Of a stretch of 64,000 nucleotides of DNA, positions 55,748-64,000 are shown in pieces (the first letter of the stretch is position 1; each line of letters opens with the position of its first letter). The DNA lies in contig OZ231126.1 in NCBI GenBank assembly GCA_965153355.1, forward strand, positions 12,276,001 to 12,340,000, written 5' to 3'. Made by a program: the position numbers and the translations under genes. The notes below the pieces were generated by a model. That model searched no databases and was not told the DNA's origin. It saw only the letters and a list, made by a program, of their open reading frames with translations. This stretch comes from Flaccisagitta enflata. Taxonomy: Eukaryota.

Positions 55748-56017
55748 ACCGAGCTAATTTCTACTACTTCACTTGTTTAAAGGTTCTCGCATTTTGATGT
55801 GGACTCGTTGGATACGTATCGTCTTCGTGGGTTTCGTCACGTCCATCAAGTCGCATTTGGTTCGCCACGTCAGTCGACATCAAAAGCATAGAACATTACT
55901 GTGAAAAGAGACTGCTTACGCTTCTTTCATAGCAGTAAAACGAACTGCTTGATTATCAAAATGTGATATAACGGATATCGTCGGATACGCAGTTATTCGG
56001 TTATCAGAACAGTCACG

Positions 56018-56469
56018 ATGGAAAATAATAAAGAAACCGTCAATGAGCTTCTTTTCTTCATTCAAAATAAACTTCATTGTACGACGAAAGATGCGATCGT
56101 TGAAATTTGCGTTAAATTTTATTCGCTAGAGGAGATCCAATCTGCGATATCATGTTTGGAGTCAACACTAAAAATACGTCTTTCCAAGCGAAACAAATCC
56201 GACGATATTCAGCTGAAGCTAGTCACGGATGTCTACGACAAAATCTGGTCGATCGATGCTTCATCAACTCAGATACGATTTCTCGCCGCGGATCTGTCTC
56301 GAATCCTGAGAGAAACCAACAACTCAGAATCCGGCGCAACGATTGAACAAATGCTAGCGTCAGTTCACAATCTTAGGACGACCGTCTCTCAACTTCAATC
56401 CAGAATGGTGACGAGAGACGTTCTAGACGCGACCATCATGCGATTCTGCAGCAACAACAACGTCAACAC

Positions 56470-56522
<53 letters not shown>

Positions 56523-57235
56523 GCAACAACAACAACAACAACTACGATCGGTCTCTCCGCGAAATGCCGAGTGGCGCCGATAGCGATAATGGCTCGTTTG
56601 GTGGCTTGTCTCTTCATCCATCCAACTTGCCACCTCATCTTCCGTCAGCGCCCTTAGCGCCTCTATCTCCCTCTGCGCCTTCGATTTCGCAGGGAACGCC
56701 TGGGACCTTTGCGTCTACAGCAGCTGCTGCTTCTGCTGTGGCGGCAGCAGCACCGTCGTCTGCGGCGATATCCGCCTCCTTGTCGCTAGATAAAAAGCGG
56801 CAACAGGAAGTCGTACAACGTCAACGCGGGAAAGTTGGAGGAGGTGGTGGAGGAGGAGGTGGAGGAGGAGGAGGAAGACGCGATGGTAGAAAGAATATAA
56901 ATCGAGATAAAAACTCCGCTATTATCATCGGACAGAACGTCAACGCCGGCGTTATCTCGTGGAAAGGCGCTGATCTCACAGTGTCTCGCTACATCGGCCG
57001 TGTTGCGCTTGACACGACGGCCGAGGAAATTCGTTCTTGGCTCGAATCAAAAAACGTCGAGGTTGTTTCAATTGAAGCAATTCCAACGAAACATCAACGC
57101 TTCTCATCATTCAAGCTGATTATAAAGAAAGCGCAACTACAGATAATCAGCGAGCGCAACTTCTGGCCCATGGGTGTTCTTGTCGGTCCATGGTGGCCTC
57201 CAAAGGCTGCTACGGAAATTGAACCAACTCTTTGA
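56018..57235 (+). CDS. LINE ORF1 protein, 405 aa
   Basis: Intact ORF just upstream of ORF2. NELLFFIQNK...FYSLEEI N-terminal block, coiled coil, poly-Asn/Ala/Gly linker, RRM-like C-terminus (YIGRV...SFKL...FWPMGV) resembling invertebrate CR1/L2-group ORF1s. Confidence 0.85.
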
Positions 57236-57240
57236 TAAAG

Positions 57241-60200
57241 ATGGATTCTTACAAGGCTAATTTCAGATTTCGTAGCCATAATATAAATGGGTTTAAGAAT
57301 TCTAAGGAATTCCTGTACAATGAATGTAACGAGGAAGCTTTTGACATACTCGCGGTTCAAGAGCATTGGCTGAAGTCTTCTTTTCGTAAGCATCTTGGTA
57401 TCAATTCCATGAAATCATTACATCCCAAATATGACTCTTTTGCTACTTCTGGAATGGATAGTCAATTAGATAAACGTATTTTAAAAGGTCGCCCTTTTGG
57501 GGGGACTGGCTTCTTATTTCATAAATCATTGTCTAAATGTCTTCGAGCACGCACTGATTTGAATCACGAACGAGTAACAATATTAGAGCTTAGTACAACA
57601 AATGAGAAAATACTCTTATTTAGTGTTTACATGCCTTACTTTAGAACTGATTGTAATGATGAACAACTTATCGAATATCGTAACACTTTGGCTTTTGTCG
57701 AATATGTTATGGAAAAAAACCCTGAATACAAATTTATTCTTTTTATGGACTTTAATTGTAATTTGTTTAACAAATCACATCCTTACTCCTCATTAATTAA
57801 TGATATGACTAGTAACTTTGATCTTGTTACGAACTACTCATTTATATCTGGATTTAATGAAAATTGTGACTTTACTCGATTTGATACAAAACGTAACTCT
57901 TACACTCTGATAGACGGAATCTTGATAAGTAGATCACTGTCTCACGTTATTCAAAATAGTCAAATTTTACATCCGCCGGATAATGTTTCCGATCATTTGC
58001 CTGTCGAGATAACAATTTCTCTTGATATTTGTGATTTTTTAGAAGAAAAGTCTCATATAACTTATTTTATTCCATGGGCTTCGTTAACCAACGAAGAGAC
58101 TAACTCATACCGGGATAAAATGTTGTCTGAACTTCGTAACATAAATGTTCCTTTTCATGCTTTAAATCATAATTCTAATCTATGTAACAATTGCGATTGT
58201 TTAATAGCTCTAGAAAAATTTCACAATGATATTGTCTTAGCTATAGCTGTAGCTGATTGCACTTTGCCGCGCAAAAAACATGGTATAGCAAAGCCTTTTT
58301 GGACTGCAGAACTATCTGAATTTAAGCAAAAATCAGTTGATGCGCACATTTTGTGGAAAGATTGTAATTGTCCTCGTTCTGGCCCAATTTTTCAAGAGAA
58401 ACAACGTGCAAATTATGCATATAAAAAATTGTTACGCGATTGTAAGAATGAACGTAGCAGTAGAATGACTTCTGAATTAAGTAGTAATTTACTTAGCAAA
58501 GACACACCTTCTTTTTGGAATAATTGGAAGAGTCTGAATGGTAATTCTCAATCTCATACTTCATTAATTGATGGTTTTATCAATCATAACGACATTGCTA
58601 ATCGTTTTGCAAATGTTTATGAAAGTGTTTATAAACGTTCCACTGCTGATGAATGCTTACACAAGAAGTTTAATTACGAATACTCTGACTATTACCAAAA
58701 AAGAGCGCATGAATCCTTGATACCACATCTTTTCTCATGGTCAGATATGCTTGACGCAATTTTTAAATTGAAAATAGGTAAAGCTACTAGTACGTTTATC
58801 AAGGCAGAACATATTTTCTATGGTTGCCCCGAACTTACTTGTTACTTGCACCTCCTGTACAATGGTCTACTTTCCCACTCTTACATGCCCCATGAATTTT
58901 TATTAGGTAATATCACTCCAATAGTAAAGGATGCAAACGGTGATATCTCTAATTCTAGTAATTATCGTCCCATAACTTTAGGACCCATTCTTCTTCAATT
59001 ATTTGAGTATCTCTTAATGAATAAGTTTGGTTACTACTTGTCGACTGATGATTTACAATTCGGCTACAAAAGTCGCCACTCAACATCTCATGCTGTCTAT
59101 ATATTACGAGAATGTGTGAACTACTATACAACTCACGGTTCTAATGTATTAGTCAGTTTTTTAGATTGCTCCAAAGCTTTCGATACTGTGTCTCACTACG
59201 GTCTGTTCCTCAAGTTAATGGAAACAGATGTACCTTTTTAGATGCGTCCTCGCATCTCTATAAGAGGGTCTGTCGTATGTATAGGGAACGCGAAAATTTC
59301 CAAATGCGATTTCTAAGTTTTTCTCTTCATTTCTCTTCATGTATCTTCTTGTCTCTTATATTTCTTTTGTCTCTTTCATCTCTTTCGTCTCTTTTGTCTC
59401 TTTTGTCTCTTTTGTCTCTTTTGTCAATTTTGTCTCCTATATGTCTCTTATGTCTCCTATATGTCTCTTATATCTCTTTTGTCTCTTATTTCTCTTATGT
59501 ATCTTAGGTCTCTTATGTCTCTTATGTCTCTTATGTCTCTTAGGTCTCTTATGTCTCTTATGTCTCTTTTGTCTCCTATATGTCTCTTATGTCTCCTATG
59601 TCTCCTATATGTCTCATATGTCTCTTACGTCTCTTTTGTCCCTTATGTCTCTTATATCTCTTATATCTCTTATATCTCACATCTCTTATATCTCTTATAT
59701 CTCTTATGTGTCTTATATTTCTTTTATCTCTTAGGTCTCTAATGTCTCTTATGTCTCTTATGTCTCTTCATGTCTCTATATGTCTCTTATGTCTCCTCAT
59801 GTTTCCTCTTCATGTCTCGCCATATTTATCCATATCTCTCCAGGTCCCTTCATGTCTCTTCGTGAGGATGAGGCGGGGGTGTGGGGAGGCGTGAGGAGGG
59901 GTTGGGAGGCGGGGGAGGGAGGAGGGGGGGGAGGGGTGGGGTGGCGTGGGGGAGGGGAGGGTGGGGAGGAGGGGAGGCGTAGGGGAGGCGGGGGGAGGGG
60001 GAGGCGTAGGGGGAGGGGTGGAGAGGCGTGGGGGGAAGAGAGGAATCAGTTTATATTTTTCTCTTTATCTCTGAATCTTCATATTTTCATATTTTTATAT
60101 CTTAATATCTTTATATCTTAATAATTTGTATGATTATATCTTACGTCTAAAGAGGACGCATCTATTGGACATCTCTTGGCCTTGTTGTTTTCTTAACTTG

Positions 60201-61037
60201 ATTGTCTACTGGTACTTAAACATGAATGTGCGAGTTTTGTGGCGGCAGACTTTTAGTAAATATTTTCGCGTTCTCTCTGGTACAAAACAGGGTGGGGTCT
60301 TAAGTCCCAAAATTTTCACGCTTTATATGGATGAACTCATTCGGCGTCTACGAGATAAAAATATTGGTTGTCATGTCATGAAACTATTTCTTGCTTGTTT
60401 GCTATACGCTGACGACATGTGTTTGATAGCGCCTAGCAGAGGTGCAATGCAGAAAATGCTTGATATTTGTGTAGAATTTTGTGAAGAGTTCTGTCTTTCA
60501 TTTAACATAAAAAAATCCAAAGTTATGATTTTTGGTAACATGAAAGGTAAGGCTGTTACTCCCCTTACCCTTTACAATAAGCCCCTTGAATTTGTCTCCC
60601 AGTGGACTTATCTTGGATCAACAATTGTCGCCGGAGTATCTTTATCTTTTTCATGTAGAAAGGAACTTTCAAATTTTTACCGTTCTATTAATTCATTACT
60701 TACCTCGATACAAAAACCTAATGAATTAGTACTAATGCATCTTATGTACGCCAACTGCGTCCCCGGCCTCGCCCACGCTGCAGAGGTGAAACTTCTTCCC
60801 AACAATGAACTGAACGACTGCAACGTCGCCCTCAACAACGGAATTCGCCGAATTTTCTCATACAACAGATGGGAAAGCACGAGATACTTGCGTCAACAAC
60901 TGTCGTTTCCCAGTATAACGGAAATCTTTCACTCGCGTAGCCGAAAATTTCTTACTAAATGCTTGAATGGCGAGACACAAAACGAAGTTGTGCATCGCCT
61001 TGCAATTTACACAAAATTGGAAAATGTAGAAGATTAA
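57241..61037 (+). pseudogene. LINE ORF2 (APE endonuclease + reverse transcriptase), interrupted; segments 57241-59237 and 60185-61037 rejoin to ~949 aa
   Basis: EN motifs HNING, VQEHWL, GRPFGG, MDFN, SDHLPV; RT motifs YRPITL, QFGY, FLDCSKAFDTV, GTKQGGVLSP, YADD, YLG. No other stops or frameshifts. Confidence 0.93.
59238..60184 (+). mobile_element. HINE/DINE-1-like family A insertion in ORF2
   Basis: Starts in a T-run with AGATGCGTCCTCGCATCT; subterminal AGGACGCATCT; ends TTGGCCTTG(TT); no TSD; interior has a 9-bp TGTCTCTTA repeat and a G-rich tract. Confidence 0.9.
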
Positions 61038-61702
61038 AATTGCTAGTTTATAGTCTTAGACAGTTTTTGGTGTGTTGTGGTTTGCTACTGTCACTTCTTT
61101 GACGAATATAATATCATTCATACCACCCTTGTTTGCATAACAGCGATTCAGTGATCACGAAGGCGTTGACATTCTTACCCACAACCGCGATTCCGATCAA
61201 GGCGACGATTGCGAAACACTTCGGCGAATTCATTGTTCTCTTCTTCCGTCAAAAAACGTTTTAGACGAAATCGCGAATTTCTGTTGAAGGTAAGCGTGAC
61301 TTCGATAAGATGTCAGTTTAACTTTGTGTTCAGTTGTCTTGGTGACCGTTGTTTATTTGTTTTTCTCCTCACAATTTGAAAAAAAAAAAGATTTTTCTTG
61401 CTATGATTTGACTGGACGTATGAATAAGCGTGAAACCGGGCGTAGAGACGGAAAACACTAGTCTTGTTCGGGTCGTCGGAAATTGTACCTCTCAATGTGA
61501 GTGAATGAATGAGTTTTTCGTTGCGGACATGCAAATCTACACCTCGCCGTAGCGTTCGGTCGGTCCGTTTGTCAGTCGGTCCGTAACATTTTTGAATGTT
61601 TTCGCATTTCTGCTCCGGCCCAACCGCGACTGTTGCCGTTTATCCGGTCTCGTGTTTTTTCTGTATCTCTATTAATTTGTTTTCTCCCTTTTTTTTCCTT
61701 TT

Positions 61703-62133
61703 TTGTTGCGGACACGCAACTATATACGAGGCTTTGTCCGTCCGTCCGTCAGTCCGTTGATCTGTCGGTAATGATCAAGTCGAAAAGTGGAAAAACGAGT
61801 GTTTTAGAAACTTTTGTGCATGCATGCTTGTGTGGGTAAGTTAGGGGAAGGGGTGAAGATGGGGGTTGGACGCCCCTGCCCACCCGTCCGCAACTGATGG
61901 CCGTGTATCCGGCCTTGTTGTTGCGGACACGCAACTATATACGAGGCTTTGTCCGTCCGTCCGTCAGTCCGTTGATCTGTCGGTAATGATCAAGTCGAAA
62001 AGTGGAAAAACGAGTGTTTTAGAAACTTTTGTGCATGCATGCTTGTGTGGGTAAGTTAGGGGAAGGGGTGAAGATGGGGGTTGGATGCCCCTGCCCAAAC
62101 TTACGCAACGATATTGTGACCTCGCGTAACTTG
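61703..62133 (+). mobile_element. Head-to-tail dimer of HINE-like family C (GTTGCG hairpin)
   Basis: GTTGCGGACACGCAACT at 61705 and 61920 (period 215); shared body, different 3' ends. Confidence 0.88.
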
Positions 62134-62253
62134 TTTTTTGTCTTTCCTTGTTTTAGTCTTTCTTTCTTTCTCTGTGAAAATATTCTATCTTTCTTTCTGG
62201 CTTTTCCCTCTGTCTTTTCTTTTTGTTTTGTTTCGTTTTCCTTTTTTTCCTTT

Positions 62254-62421
62254 TTAGTTGCGGACACGCAACTCTATAAGAGGCTTTGTCCGTCCGTTGG
62301 CCGGTCCGTTGGTCAGTCCGTTGGTCGGTCCGTTGGTGAGCACGAGTCGAAAAGTGGGAAAACGCGCATTTCCGCCCCTGCCCACCCGTCCGCAACTGAT
62401 GGCCGTGTATCCGGCCTTGTT
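62254..62421 (+). mobile_element. HINE-like element, family C
   Basis: TTAGTTGCGGACACGCAACTCTATAAG ... GTCCGCAACTGATGGCCGTGTATCCGGCCTTGTT. Confidence 0.88.
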
Positions 62422-62751
62422 TTTTTCTCTTTCTCTCATTCATTCATTCATTCATTCATTCATTCATTCATTCATTCATTCATTCTCTTTGTTATCTTTT
62501 TCTACATTTTTTCCAGAGCTGGGGACTGTACCACGCCTAACCTCCAAAGCCACCGATCCCTAGGTCTTATCTTATGCCCTTTGTACCTATTGGGTATTCC
62601 GGCTCGGATTTACATGTAAATTCAAAGAAACGGTACTCGATTAGCGAATAGCGTGAACGCTCTACGACGCGACCTCATATAGAACTCGAAAAAGGCAACG
62701 AAAAGTTTTGAGCGCGATATTGGACTAACTTTCCTCGATATTTACAAGCTA

Positions 62752-63180
62752 CACTCTCTTTTTTTAGTAGGGACAAAGTTTATAAGGACATGAGGCTGAA
62801 ATTTTGCCAAAAATTAAGGACATTTTAAGGACAAAGCACAGCCTCAGATTTATACAAAAAAAATTTTTGATTCAAAATTTAGATTGTCTTACGCAACTTT
62901 TTAAAGAAAATAATCATATTTATAGGAATTAATAGCATTCATTTTTACTCGATAATATAATATTTTAGTAAGAACAACTACAAAGCAATTATTGTCACAT
63001 TTAACTTGTACTTTCTTATATTGAACATCAGTTATTTTAATGCATATAACATGATCAAAAGAAAATCATAAGAAAATATTAAGGACATGCAAAGGACATT
63101 TCAGCTTGAAATTTGCAAAAATCTAAGGACATCCCAGCCGCAGAAAAAATTAACTGGTCCTTATATATAAAAAAAGAGTG
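62752..63180. mobile_element. TA-flanked MITE
   Basis: TA|CACTCTCTTTTTT ... AAAAAAAGAGTG|TA; repeated AAGGACA motifs near both ends. Confidence 0.72.
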
Positions 63181-63360
63181 TAGGCGGTGTAATGATATCG
63201 AGTCCGGTTAACCTGTAAATGCCTTTTGGCGTGTAAAACCAATTTTTTTTTGCGCTTCCCCAATTTTCGTTTTATGTAGGATAATATTTTGGGACATCGT
63301 TTCTTTTTCTTTGTCATTGACTTGACTGATATTTTCTAATCTCATCTTTTTTTCTGTATT

Positions 63361-63453
<93 letters not shown>

Positions 63454-63476
63454 TTTTTTTTTTCTTCATTGCCCTT

Positions 63477-64000
63477 TTTGGGCAGCGGCCCCGAAGGGGA
63501 CGATGTCCTGTAGAACACAGGGGGACTTTCGTTCGTCCGTTCGTTCGTTCGTTCGTTCGTTCGTGCGTCCCCCCCAGGCCCTCTCAGGCCTGAAATCTGC
63601 CTTCTCAGGGCTGAAATCTACCCTCTCAGGCCTGAAATCTGCCCTCTCAGGCCTTTAATCTGCCCTCTCAGGCCTGAAATCTGCCCTCTCAGGTCTAAAA
63701 TCTGCCCTCTCAGGCCTTGAATCTGCCCTCTCAGGCCTGAAATCTTCCCTCCCAGATCTAAAATCCGCCCTTTCAGGCCCTCTCAGGCCCTCTCAGGCCT
63801 TATGTCTACCCTCCCAGCCTGTCTACCCTCTCAGCCTGAGAGGGCAGATTTTAGGCCTGAGAGGGAAGATTTCAGGCTTGAGAGGGCAGATTCAAGGCCT
63901 TGGGGAGACATAAGGACGAACGAAAGTCCCCCTGTGTTCTACAGGACATCGTCCCCTTCGGGGCCGCTGCCCTGCTTCCCCTCACTCCAATTCACAATCA
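63477..64000 (+). mobile_element. Element with 59-bp inverted repeats and 21-bp minisatellite (relative of 3092-3727), probably cut by the window end
   Basis: 63480-63538 is inverted at 63914-63972; preceded by a T-run; CTCTCAGGCCTGAAATCTGCC repeats. Confidence 0.8.

Larger units (their letters stand above)
55751..61114 (+). mobile_element. Full-length non-LTR retrotransposon, CR1/L2 group
   Basis: 5'UTR, ORF1, APE-RT ORF2, short 3'UTR; flanked by direct repeat CATTCATACC (55741-55750 and 61115-61124). Confidence 0.93.

Noticed and set aside
60126-60184. Independent start for the 303-aa RT ORF
   Set aside because: Its first ~20 codons derive from the inserted element; the remainder is the continuation of ORF2.

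Overview
Repeat-rich eukaryotic (probably invertebrate animal) genomic DNA. Almost all ORF-track entries are microsatellite artefacts. Supported content: (1) scattered + strand exons of the Ser-rich C-terminal part of an unidentified gene ending in -SQV* at 28226. (2) A compact 5-exon - strand gene (54532-55747, 210 aa) for a predicted secreted protein: signal peptide, coiled coil, H-type-lectin-like domain. (3) A full-length CR1/L2-group LINE (55751-61114; ORF1 + APE-RT ORF2) whose 10-bp target-site duplication contains that gene's ATG; its ORF2 is split by a ~950-bp Helentron-associated (HINE/DINE-1-like) element. (4) More than a dozen HINE-like copies in several families whose terminal hairpins covary. 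(5) A ~9-kb array of 138-bp units (32650-41569), each a copy of the HINE 5' end, lying inside one giant element whose 3' end is at 32043. (6) Many MITE/foldback DNA elements with TA, TTA/TAA, 8-bp or 4-bp TSDs. An Illumina adapter sequence inside the array warns of assembly noise. No rRNA, tRNA or CRISPR array was recognised.
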